Made by a program: the position numbers and the translations under genes | The notes under the pieces: model-generated | Databases searched by the model: none | What the model was told of the DNA's origin: nothing | Seen by the model: only the letters and a program-made list of their open reading frames with translations | Shown: one piece after another, positions 1 to 9,194 of the stretch | Layout of the letters: each line of letters starts with the position of its first letter | How positions within the stretch are numbered: the first letter of the stretch is position 1 | IMG/VR virus record: IMGVR_UViG_3300043410_001708 | Coordinates: 32,001-96,000 of that record | Direction: 5' to 3' (one strand) | Source of the DNA: a virus | Length of the DNA stretch: 64,000 bases

Positions 1-803
1 TCTTTATTAAAGTCACTAAAAATAACAAACGGATCAAGACCCAGTTGATGGTCGGGAATCTTATGTAGTTCAAATAAATCTGGTTCTTTAATTGTTGATA
101 ACAACATAAGAGTTTGGTCATCATCAACTAAACCATTTTCCAATAATCCAATTAAACTAGATTTCATAAGTTCTTCAAATTTTGGCCATGCAGTTACACC
201 ACCAACAATTTTTGCACCAAGGATGTAAACATCGTTGGTTGAAATTATCTCTTGTATTGGTTTACCATCATAGTCTTTGTAATTGAATAGATGCATCTTA
301 TTAACATCAAAATCAAAAGACCATTTTCTACTTGCAGGAATTTTGTCAGCAGTACGGCAATAACCAAAATCTAACCAAGAAACCAAATCACTTTTAACCA
401 TATTGTGTTTAATTGCAAGATTAACAAATATAGATTTCAAAAAATTTACAGCAACATAATGTGCATTCCAATATTCAGGATTTGCTCTCTGTGATGGACT
501 AATTGAGTTTTGAAAGCTTTCTGATTTATGTACGTTATGTATATTTTTTATCAGTTCATCAAATTGTGTGAATATATCAAATGAAATCCAGTTTGTGACA
601 CGACCTTCTCTTAATGGTTGTAATCTTTCGATAATATCAGGTGTCGAAAACACCACCATTTCGTTTTCCATTTTAGCCATGTGTGAAAAACGTTCAATAT
701 ATGTGTCGGTTGTTCTTTGTAGGTAATGTGGCAAACCTTTATCTGGTGTCCAATCTCCACGTCCTATATCATAAAAAGCAGTAACTATAGTAATATCACT
801 CAT
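1..803 (-). CDS. HtrL/YibB (WlaTC) family glycosyltransferase-like protein, 3' end outside window
   Basis: Not in the ORF track. ATG at 803 gives MSDITIVTAFYDIGRGDWTPDKGLPHYLQRT...NPEYWNAHYVAVNFLK...WLDFGYCR...DDDQ, matching YibB/HtrL motifs. Confidence 0.8.
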   Translation of the reverse strand, partial: MSDITIVTAFYDIGRGDWTPDKGLPHYLQRTTDTYIERFSHMAKMENEMVVFSTPDIIERLQPLREGRVTNWISFDIFTQFDELIKNIHNVHKSESFQNSISPSQRANPEYWNAHYVAVNFLKSIFVNLAIKHNMVKSDLVSWLDFGYCRTADKIPASRKWSFDFDVNKMHLFNYKDYDGKPIQEIISTNDVYILGAKIVGGVTAWPKFEELMKSSLIGLLENGLVDDDQTLMLLSTIKEPDLFELHKIPDHQLGLDPFVIFSDFNK

Positions 804-1663
804 TATATTGTCCTAAAAGTAATTAATTCTTCAACTCCATACTTATCATCGTAAAATTTCTTCAATACTGGATCTCGGTCATATTGATGTACGATGTAAT
901 ATGGTTCTCCATCACCAGTTTTCATTAATCCATCTTCAAAGATTGGATGTTTTTCTGTAATGAAAGGTGCAAAGTGGTCTTTCTCAATTGGTTTATTTGT
1001 TACGTGTAGATTGCAACAAAAGCCATCATTTAAACCACTAATATAAATTTTTTCAATGTATGGATACCAACTTGTCAATACATTATATGCAGCTTGGTCT
1101 GCAACCCAATCTGCTCTATTCATAGATAATTGATATAACATACCACACAAATCACAAACAACATGTGATTTTCCGGCCAAAGTACCAACATTTAGAACTT
1201 CATAATTTTTAATTTCTTCGTAGAAGTATGTACCAAAACATTTTAAAATGTTATCTCGGTTCCAATGTTCGTCTTTAATTTTGATACACTCTGATACACC
1301 AATCAAATCATAACCAGAATTGCGTGTCAATACATGTGACAAATACTTCATAGGGTCTTTTTGAAAGATTACATCACGTACATCTGTGCTTACAACATAA
1401 CGATATTCATCTATATGTTTTTTCAAATAATCATAAATGTGTATGAAACGTTCCATGTGAAACATTGCACCTGACATGGACTTTGCTGGAATGGCAATAA
1501 ATCCTGCTTCTGTGATTTTCGATAATGTTTCTTTTGATGCGTCAATTGCAATTAAAACTTTGTCACCGTTAAAACCACATTGATTAATAGATTCAATCCA
1601 AGGTTTGACTTGTTCGTAGTTATAGTTTTTAAATGCACCTATGATTAGGTCTTTTTTGTCCAT
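803..1663 (-). CDS. putative glycosyltransferase-like protein
   Basis: STDVRDV DxD-like motif, DQAAYN and HQYDR motifs; lies in a glycosyltransferase cluster. Confidence 0.55.
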   Translation of the reverse strand: MDKKDLIIGAFKNYNYEQVKPWIESINQCGFNGDKVLIAIDASKETLSKITEAGFIAIPAKSMSGAMFHMERFIHIYDYLKKHIDEYRYVVSTDVRDVIFQKDPMKYLSHVLTRNSGYDLIGVSECIKIKDEHWNRDNILKCFGTYFYEEIKNYEVLNVGTLAGKSHVVCDLCGMLYQLSMNRADWVADQAAYNVLTSWYPYIEKIYISGLNDGFCCNLHVTNKPIEKDHFAPFITEKHPIFEDGLMKTGDGEPYYIVHQYDRDPVLKKFYDDKYGVEELITFRTI

Positions 1664-2367
1664 GGTAAATCTCCATTATATTGTTTATTCATCACTTCAT
1701 TTCCTCTCAAAAAGAATTCTGCTTGTACAGAATCTCCTCTGCTTGCAACTCTATAGTTTACTGTATATTGGCCATTCGTGTCAAATTCTGGTAAATTTTG
1801 CATCATAAATGGTGACAGTATTCTATCAACTTCTGGCTGCTCTTGTGGGTGTCTTGCTCTACGATACCAATAAGGTGAAAAACCTAGTGCTGGTATTTTA
1901 GGTACCATGAAACAATTAACATCAATAAATTTATCATTGATAACAGAAGTCCATTTCCCTAATGATTCACAATCATCATTACATATGTATTCACCTTCCT
2001 GACTAACAATTTTTCGTAGTGAGTATGCCCATTTGTTACCTTTTGATACAACATCAACCAAAGATTCGATGTGATTTGGTTCATACCAATTATCTTCATC
2101 CAAGAAACATAGGAACTCACCGTTTGCAATATAGGTCATTGCACCATATATTCTGTGTCCGTTGTACTGGTCTTTTCCTGTTGGGTATGGGAGGTCAATT
2201 AGGTCTATATGTGGATATTCTCTAGCTATCACACGACCTTTTGGTTGACCATCTACGACAACCAAATGTTGTATATTATCATAAGTTTGATTTTTAACCG
2301 AGTCTAATGCTTGACGTAGACACGGTGCACCTGTGGTAGGTGTAATCACTGTCACCAATGGTTTCAT
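1645..2367 (-). CDS. glycosyltransferase family 2
   Basis: VTVITPT...SVKNQTY...VVVDG...FLDEDN GT-A motifs. Confidence 0.85.
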   Translation of the reverse strand: MKPLVTVITPTTGAPCLRQALDSVKNQTYDNIQHLVVVDGQPKGRVIAREYPHIDLIDLPYPTGKDQYNGHRIYGAMTYIANGEFLCFLDEDNWYEPNHIESLVDVVSKGNKWAYSLRKIVSQEGEYICNDDCESLGKWTSVINDKFIDVNCFMVPKIPALGFSPYWYRRARHPQEQPEVDRILSPFMMQNLPEFDTNGQYTVNYRVASRGDSVQAEFFLRGNEVMNKQYNGDLPWTKKT

Positions 2368-2373
2368 AATTTA

Positions 2374-2676
2374 TCATCCTCTAGTTAATTTCAATATCTT
2401 TTCTATCTGTTTTTCAATTGCTGGTTTACGATTAGGCCAGTAGATGTATTCTTTATCTCCTGTACTATGTAGTTTCTTTAGGAAAGGGATAATCATCTTT
2501 TCAAGTTCAACCAATCTTTGTTCCGTTTCAGTCAAAGTATTTTTTACTGCTTCTACTGTTTGGACACTCTCTGTGATAATAGAATTATATTCTTTTTCGG
2601 AAACGGCTGAGAAACCGAAATCGTCCTCAGAATCTTTATATTCTTTTAAAATTTTATCAAAATCTGTTAGTGGCAT
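2374..2676 (-). CDS. hypothetical phage protein
   Basis: ORF packed tightly in the operon. Confidence 0.7.
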   Translation of the reverse strand: MPLTDFDKILKEYKDSEDDFGFSAVSEKEYNSIITESVQTVEAVKNTLTETEQRLVELEKMIIPFLKKLHSTGDKEYIYWPNRKPAIEKQIEKILKLTRG

Positions 2677-2678
2677 AA

Positions 2679-3794
2679 TTATTTCGACAAGTTAAACATT
2701 GAAGGACCAGACTCAACAATATTTCTTAAGTAAGGAGAATATTTTTTGCCTGCTTTGGTAGTTGTAGATTCTGTTGCAATTTTAGTTCTAAATTGAATTA
2801 TCAAATTTTGTTTACTGGTAGAACCAGCATAAACTCTTACGACAGGATCAATACCTTCAACAAACATAATTTTTAATTCATTTCTTTTCAAGACTTCTGC
2901 ATAAGTTTTTACAAAATCTTTATTGAATCTCAACTGTTTAAATTTTCCGTTGGCCAAAGAAACCAATTCAATTGTTTCATTACCTTTTGTGGCTCCCTGA
3001 AACACAAGAGTTGCAAGATTGATAAAAAATGCAGGATCTTTAGCTTTTACTTTTGCCTGCATTTGTTTTGCAGCTTCACGATAAACAATTGCTGTTGCAT
3101 TTTTTAACATATCTTTAATAACTTCAACTCTCTTATCTTCACGACTTAAAAAGAATTCAGATTTATCATATTCTTTTAAAGCAGCATCATACTTAGATTC
3201 CATCTTTTTGATATCCAATTTAAGTATGTCACTCCATAATGTTTTTTGTTTTTCAAATTCGTGGCCACTTACTTGAAAGAATTGGTCTCCACCTTTAACT
3301 TTCAGTGAAATTTGCCTTGAGTAATCTTTACCATTAACTTTTAATTTAATATCGGCTTTTGTTCCTTTTTGGTCACCCACACCATCTGAACTTATATCAA
3401 CTGAATCGATTTGACCATTTGTTGCAAAAATTAAAATTTCTTTCATCCATGTTTCTTCAATATACTCTATTGAAGATTCATAAAGGTCATAAACAACTTT
3501 TCTATCTTCTTTTGAAGATAATAATTCCGCAGCAGCAGAAGGTAAATTTATACTGAAATTGATTTTGTCGATTGATATTTTATTTTGTTTGACTAGAATA
3601 TCTTTTACTTTATATTCTTTTGAATGTGTGGCACGTTTAAAAATGTCATCCAAAACTTTATCAATCATTTGTTTGGTCAATTTGACGTTGGCATCTTTTA
3701 ATGTTTTTGGTCGGTTGATAAATTTGGCGACCAAGGCTGCACCTAGCACACCTTCACCAACATCACCTCTATTAAACTTCAAAGATTTGTCCAT
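2679..3794 (-). CDS. hypothetical protein, possible PD-(D/E)xK nuclease fold
   Basis: 371 aa; GDVGEG ... KADIKL ... ISLK pattern; late-promoter-like TAAATA upstream. Confidence 0.5.
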   Translation of the reverse strand: MDKSLKFNRGDVGEGVLGAALVAKFINRPKTLKDANVKLTKQMIDKVLDDIFKRATHSKEYKVKDILVKQNKISIDKINFSINLPSAAAELLSSKEDRKVVYDLYESSIEYIEETWMKEILIFATNGQIDSVDISSDGVGDQKGTKADIKLKVNGKDYSRQISLKVKGGDQFFQVSGHEFEKQKTLWSDILKLDIKKMESKYDAALKEYDKSEFFLSREDKRVEVIKDMLKNATAIVYREAAKQMQAKVKAKDPAFFINLATLVFQGATKGNETIELVSLANGKFKQLRFNKDFVKTYAEVLKRNELKIMFVEGIDPVVRVYAGSTSKQNLIIQFRTKIATESTTTKAGKKYSPYLRNIVESGPSMFNLSK

Positions 3795-3819
3795 TTTTTG
3801 TCCCTATTAAAGGAAATAT

Positions 3820-4926
3820 TTATCTAATTATTTGAATGTCCTTTCCAGAGGTCCAGACTTCTAGTTCTGTTCTTAAACGATTCTCTGATTTTAATGTATC
3901 GAACCGATTAATAGCCTTCTTGCGCCACCATTCAATCAAGTTTACCAGATTATGTTTTTCATAGTTTTCACCAGGAATAAGCATGTCGGTCTTACAGTTT
4001 ATATAATCTTTCATGTTACTGAAACCATAGTCTGAATGGTAATAACGTTTTTGTTCTGTCAACCCTTTTGCTTTCTCAATCGTTGCTGTGAATGTACCCC
4101 CTTCAGGTGTATCCTTAAGTGCAGCTTTAACCAATGAAACAATCTTCATGGTCGTTTTTAGTTTCTTACTGGACACATCCTCGTCAACGATATCACCAAC
4201 AAGGTCTTGCACATAGTCACGCAATTCTTCATAAGGTTTGCCGTGCATCATTGGTATAAAATCACTGTCGGTCAAACCATCATAACGAATATAAGGTTTC
4301 ATACCATCATATTGTGAAACAGTCTTTGAACTTCCATATAAACTGGTAGTCTCAAACAAACACAAATTCATTCCATATTTCTGGTTAGCAATCTCTCTAA
4401 CTGTATGTGAGGTGCAGATTGCAGCCAACAATTTACCACCAAGGTAATTGTATCCAAACGGTTGACTTGGCACAATCACAAAACCCATCAAAGTAGAATC
4501 GTTAAATCGTTTGGACCATTCTGGTTGTTGTGTGAACACTTGTCCAAGTAATTCGTTTCGAGGTTTCATATTGATGACTGGAGAACCAAGACGGATGAAA
4601 CCTACCCATTTACCAGTATTTGTTTCTTTGACACCTAAACGAATTTGTTTTCCAACAGGTGAAATGTTAACGTGCGATGAAGTAATATTGAGTAGTGTTT
4701 CCCATTCGGATTGTGGCATACCAACGACTTCAAAATTCATATCTTTTGGATGCATAGTGAAGTCGGAGAACAAATCTTCTTCGATTGGAAAAAGTGGATT
4801 TGATGGTAACTCTGCCAGTGAATTCAATTTCTGGTCACGCATGTATTCATCAATACGGTCAAAGTTACCAAAGTAATCTTCAAATACTTTGGCACAATGT
4901 ACTGCATCATTAAATTCTAACTTCAT
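3820..4926 (-). CDS. DUF4338/DruA-like protein (paralog 1)
   Basis: VPSQPFGYNYLGGKLLA and ETTSLYG..SQYDG motifs. Confidence 0.7.
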   Translation of the reverse strand: MKLEFNDAVHCAKVFEDYFGNFDRIDEYMRDQKLNSLAELPSNPLFPIEEDLFSDFTMHPKDMNFEVVGMPQSEWETLLNITSSHVNISPVGKQIRLGVKETNTGKWVGFIRLGSPVINMKPRNELLGQVFTQQPEWSKRFNDSTLMGFVIVPSQPFGYNYLGGKLLAAICTSHTVREIANQKYGMNLCLFETTSLYGSSKTVSQYDGMKPYIRYDGLTDSDFIPMMHGKPYEELRDYVQDLVGDIVDEDVSSKKLKTTMKIVSLVKAALKDTPEGGTFTATIEKAKGLTEQKRYYHSDYGFSNMKDYINCKTDMLIPGENYEKHNLVNLIEWWRKKAINRFDTLKSENRLRTELEVWTSGKDIQIIR

Positions 4927-5123
4927 ACTTTAAATTCCATATGTGGTAATATATCATTATCAAAAATCTGAGCCATTTGTTTCCACAAATATTCTCTTTC
5001 TACTTGTGTCATACCTGCAATACCAGGAAAAGTATAACCACCAGGATCGGCTTCTTTTGTCAAACCATAATCATGTCGCCATGTGTAACACATTGATGTA
5101 ATTATTTCTTCACGGGTTTTCAT
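4923..5123 (-). CDS. hypothetical protein
   Basis: 66 aa ORF with 4-nt overlaps to both neighbours. Confidence 0.65.
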   Translation of the reverse strand: MKTREEIITSMCYTWRHDYGLTKEADPGGYTFPGIAGMTQVEREYLWKQMAQIFDNDILPHMEFKV

Positions 5124-6511
5124 ACTTTAAATCCGTCAAAAGATTTCTTCTGTGGTTTTTCTCTGTTACCAAATGTGTTAAGTGGTTTATCTTGACCCGA
5201 ATCTGTGATGCCATCTTGGCCAGATTGTTCAACATCATAAAGCCTCATCTTTGACCTATCGATACCCAAAGTAAAACGTTTGAAATAAGTTGGATCATTA
5301 TAACGATTCTTCAATTGTTTGACCATAATCTGTCCCATTTCTTCTAGTTCTTCGGAAGAAATAAGAGCAAACATCAAGTCAGCTGTAGCGGGCAGACCAA
5401 AAGATTCAGAGGTATCTTCAAGTCCGGGGTCTGAACTCGAAAAACCGGATCTTGTGGTTTGGGTTGCAGAAACAATTGGTACTCCGAACTCAACTGCCAA
5501 ACCTCGCAATTCTTCGGCAATGGCCTTGACGTATGTATACGAATTAACGTTGGCTCCTGCTTTGATTCTAGCAGAACAGCAAATGTTAAGATAATCAATG
5601 AAAATGATATCAGGAACAAAAGATTTTTTAAGATTGAGCTCGTTGAGTAAGGTGCGAAAATGTACGCTGCTTGCAGACGCTGTTGGATACTCTTTAATGA
5701 TAAGTTTTCCAACAGTCTTTTCACGGAGTCTTTCAATTTTTCTATCATACATATCTTTCGGTAAATTTATGAGGTCATCTACTGTGACATTCAACAAGTT
5801 GGCATCAATACGTTCAGCAATCTTTTCTTCACTCATTTCCATAGTGATATAAAGAACATTCTTGCCTTGTACCATGGCACCTGCGGCTACGTGACACATA
5901 AACAATGATTTACCAACACCAGTACCTGCAAGAGCAATGTTTAGTGTCTTGTTAGGTAAACCACCTTTTGTAATTTTATTAAAAAATTCTAGGTCAAAAG
6001 GAATTCTTTCTTCGTGTCTGTGATAGAATTCATATCGTTCATCCGAATTTTCCAAATAATCGTGGCCGACCGAACTATCAAAAGAAATCGCTAGCGCATC
6101 GGAAAGTAACTTAGGTATCGACCCCTTATCTTGGGTTTTGTCTTTACCATCGAGAATGGAAATAGACCCCAATACTGCATTGTATATGGCCCTCTCTTGG
6201 CAGAATTTTTCGGTCTTGTCAACCAACCACTCAATTTTGGATTCTTCTTGTTTAGTTGCAACAATCTCCTGTAGACTAGATTCACACTTCTCCACTTCAT
6301 CATCTGTGAGATTTCGCCTTTCTTTGACGGCCAACTCAAGTGCTTCAATCGTTGGTGGAGAATTGTAAGATTCCGTGAACTTGGAAATCTCAATGAAGAT
6401 TGCTCTATCGGTCCTATCTGTAAAGTATTCCTCTTTGATGAACGGTAGTACTTTGCGTAGGAAATCTTCATTATATATTAGATTCTTTAAAATAGTCTGT
6501 TCCAGTCTCAT
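5120..6511 (-). CDS. 41: T4 gp41-like replicative DNA helicase
   Basis: Walker A AGTGVGKS, IFIDYLNI, SATQTTR, SESFGLPATAD. Confidence 0.95.
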   Translation of the reverse strand: MRLEQTILKNLIYNEDFLRKVLPFIKEEYFTDRTDRAIFIEISKFTESYNSPPTIEALELAVKERRNLTDDEVEKCESSLQEIVATKQEESKIEWLVDKTEKFCQERAIYNAVLGSISILDGKDKTQDKGSIPKLLSDALAISFDSSVGHDYLENSDERYEFYHRHEERIPFDLEFFNKITKGGLPNKTLNIALAGTGVGKSLFMCHVAAGAMVQGKNVLYITMEMSEEKIAERIDANLLNVTVDDLINLPKDMYDRKIERLREKTVGKLIIKEYPTASASSVHFRTLLNELNLKKSFVPDIIFIDYLNICCSARIKAGANVNSYTYVKAIAEELRGLAVEFGVPIVSATQTTRSGFSSSDPGLEDTSESFGLPATADLMFALISSEELEEMGQIMVKQLKNRYNDPTYFKRFTLGIDRSKMRLYDVEQSGQDGITDSGQDKPLNTFGNREKPQKKSFDGFKV

Positions 6512-6794
6512 CGCTTACTTCCTGTTCAATGTTAGATGACATTATTTCTACCAATAAGTCACCAATATAATTTTTAAATGTGTTGTCTTTTTCCAGTTTT
6601 GCTGGTTTCATCACTGGTGATTCTAACACATCGTAAGCAAAAAGTAAATAGACCTGGTCATTTTCTTCTTTAAACTTTACCTTGCCATATTTGAAGATGG
6701 TATCTTTATATGGACCTTCCAAAAATTTAATATTAACTGCCGTTTTGTCATCCTTTGGATAGATGTAACAGTAATCTATTCCTTCAATCATCAT
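6471..6794 (-). CDS. hypothetical T4-like protein between uvsX and 41
   Basis: ORF in the syntenic position between uvsX and 41. Confidence 0.65.
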   Translation of the reverse strand: MMIEGIDYCYIYPKDDKTAVNIKFLEGPYKDTIFKYGKVKFKEENDQVYLLFAYDVLESPVMKPAKLEKDNTFKNYIGDLLVEIMSSNIEQEVSDETGTDYFKESNI

Positions 6795-7858
6795 ACACCA
6801 TTCATAGTTTCAACATCAAATGTTTCATCGACATTGCTTGTCATAATTTCTCCAGCTGCCACACGGTATTTGTTTTCAATAAAATCACGAAATGATTTCT
6901 GTTTCAAAATAGGCATCCAGAACTCTTTGGAATCAGTGTCTTTCTCACGGTAATTTTTTTCTTCAATTACACCATCAGCGTCAACACGTTGATACCAACC
7001 ATTTTTTGGTTTAACCACATGCTTGGATTCCAAAGCAAGGTCCAACAAACCAGACCAAGTGCTAATGCCACCGTCAAAAGATACGCTAACAGGTATTTTA
7101 GATTTTTCTTTGACATATCTACTTTTCTCTACGTTAATAATAAAATTATAACCGGTAACTTCTGTACCGTCTTTTTCTTGTTGTCGGCCGATGATAAAAA
7201 TATTATCAGCCGAATAATATGAACCCGTACCACCACCAACGATATCTTTGGGGAACATACCAATCTCTTTGTATGTATGATTGACAACAATCATTGGAAT
7301 ATCTTTTAGTGAAAGATGTGGTGTTACCATACGGAATAAACTCTTAACTTGTTTTGCACGACTCATATCAGCAACTGATTTCTCCGCCAATGCATCTTCA
7401 ACTTCTTTCTTGGATGCCAAGTTACCAATTGAATCGATGACAATAATTAATTTATCACCACGTTCTAATTGTGTCAACTGAGCCATAACGTCAAACTTCA
7501 ATTGTTCAATATCTGTAAGAGGAGTATGGAGCACCCTGTTTGTGTCAATACCAAAAGAATCGAAATAAGACTGAGGAGTACCAAATTCCGAATCGTAGAA
7601 AAGGAGCGCTGCGTCTTCATATTTGTCCAAATAAGATTTTGCCATCAACAAAGAAAATGCTGTCTTAAAATGTTTGGATGGACCGGCCCACATTGTAAGA
7701 CCTGGCGTTAGACCACCATCTAACTTACCAGAAAGTGCCACGTTAATAATTGGCACTGCGGTTGGAATCATATCTTTATCATTAAAGAATTTTGATTTAG
7801 CCAATATAGCAGAATCTTTGATGCTGCTGTTCTTTTTAATTTTATCTAATATACTCAT
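6791..7858 (-). CDS. uvsX: UvsX RecA-like recombinase
   Basis: AGPSKHFKT, YDSEFG, IDSIGNLAS motifs. Confidence 0.95.
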   Translation of the reverse strand: MSILDKIKKNSSIKDSAILAKSKFFNDKDMIPTAVPIINVALSGKLDGGLTPGLTMWAGPSKHFKTAFSLLMAKSYLDKYEDAALLFYDSEFGTPQSYFDSFGIDTNRVLHTPLTDIEQLKFDVMAQLTQLERGDKLIIVIDSIGNLASKKEVEDALAEKSVADMSRAKQVKSLFRMVTPHLSLKDIPMIVVNHTYKEIGMFPKDIVGGGTGSYYSADNIFIIGRQQEKDGTEVTGYNFIINVEKSRYVKEKSKIPVSVSFDGGISTWSGLLDLALESKHVVKPKNGWYQRVDADGVIEEKNYREKDTDSKEFWMPILKQKSFRDFIENKYRVAAGEIMTSNVDETFDVETMNGV

Positions 7859-7868
7859 TTTTCATCCT

Positions 7869-9194
7869 TTAAAATGTACCACCATCACGAACATTTTTTT
7901 CTTTAAAAGAAAATGGTTCATCATAATCATACTTAGGTTCCAATTTTTTAGCAGGTTCTTCTGCTGGTACATGATGTTCCTCATACATAAAAGAATTCTT
8001 ATCTGCAAGAGGAATATCAACAGTTACTCTTTCGTGTGTAATTGGTGGTATTGTTTCACCAGTTACATCATCAATCACAATCATATTATCTTTTTTAATC
8101 TCTACTGTATCCTGTTTTGATTCTGTAACAACGAGTATTGTTTCAGGTATTGGTTCAACAGGTGCAACCATTGGTTTCAAATTCTCAAAGTGCTTGAATG
8201 GTTTTTTTAAGTAAGCATAAGGATCAACATGATTATCAACTTTTTCATTTAATTCTTGAAGTGCTTTCACCATGTGAGCCATAACCAATTCACTATTAAC
8301 AGACACAGTTTCAGGTTCTTCTTCTATTACCGCTTCAGGTATCACAGATGCAATCTCTTGTGCTACAAAACCTTGTTTAGATTCTTCATCCAATTCTTTG
8401 GCAGTTTCTCTAGCACGTTTAAAGAATGTCTCAACATCATTGTAACCTTCTTTTTCTTTCATTGACATGTTGTATGCAATCAACAATAGAATTGCCAATG
8501 GATCAAACACAACAATAATCAATAGAATAACAAGTCTTACCGCTTTGTCGATAATATCACCAGAAGTCTCCGAACCGTATGCCAAGGCTGCAATGTATTT
8601 GATTGGACCGACATCCGCTTCAACTTTCTTAAGTTGTGTAGATAGAGGCGCACGTTCCTCGGAGTATTTGGCAATGGCGGCTTGCGACTGTTGAATTTCT
8701 TGTAGTATTCTAGTCCTATCTTTCTGTTGGGAACGCCGTATTGCTTGCGCTGTTGCGGCACCCTTTTCATCAGTTGAGCGACCCATAGTTTGGTCCACAA
8801 CCTCATCATACTGTTTAATTGCCTTACGGTTTGCTTCGACATTTTCTTTCTCCGTTTTAATCTTTTCATCCAGTAATGAAATTTTATCCACAAGTGGTGC
8901 ATTATCTGATGAATGTTCCAGATGGGCCTTTGATAAGAAACCAAAGATACCCATGGAAGTAATCAACATCAAAATCGTTACGGCAACTGACAAATATGAT
9001 TTGATTAATATTGGACATTTTTTCCAGTTCCTATACAACCAAGATACAGTTACAAGTTTCGATGCTTCAAGTATCGAACCCATAATGATAACTGGCCAAA
9101 AAGAACCTGGAAAGATTTGTGCTAAACCAATAACTGAGTAATAGGCAGCAACACCAGACAAACCTAATGCTGTCAGTAACGTTAAAAATATCAT
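7869..9194 (-). CDS. multi-TM coiled-coil membrane protein with a peptidase-S74-like segment
   Basis: Start reassigned to the ATG at 9194 that overlaps the gp43 stop; 3 TM helices, coiled coil, TM helix, then GFVAQEIASVIPEAV..KALQEL. Confidence 0.7.
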   Translation of the reverse strand: MIFLTLLTALGLSGVAAYYSVIGLAQIFPGSFWPVIIMGSILEASKLVTVSWLYRNWKKCPILIKSYLSVAVTILMLITSMGIFGFLSKAHLEHSSDNAPLVDKISLLDEKIKTEKENVEANRKAIKQYDEVVDQTMGRSTDEKGAATAQAIRRSQQKDRTRILQEIQQSQAAIAKYSEERAPLSTQLKKVEADVGPIKYIAALAYGSETSGDIIDKAVRLVILLIIVVFDPLAILLLIAYNMSMKEKEGYNDVETFFKRARETAKELDEESKQGFVAQEIASVIPEAVIEEEPETVSVNSELVMAHMVKALQELNEKVDNHVDPYAYLKKPFKHFENLKPMVAPVEPIPETILVVTESKQDTVEIKKDNMIVIDDVTGETIPPITHERVTVDIPLADKNSFMYEEHHVPAEEPAKKLEPKYDYDEPFSFKEKNVRDGGTF

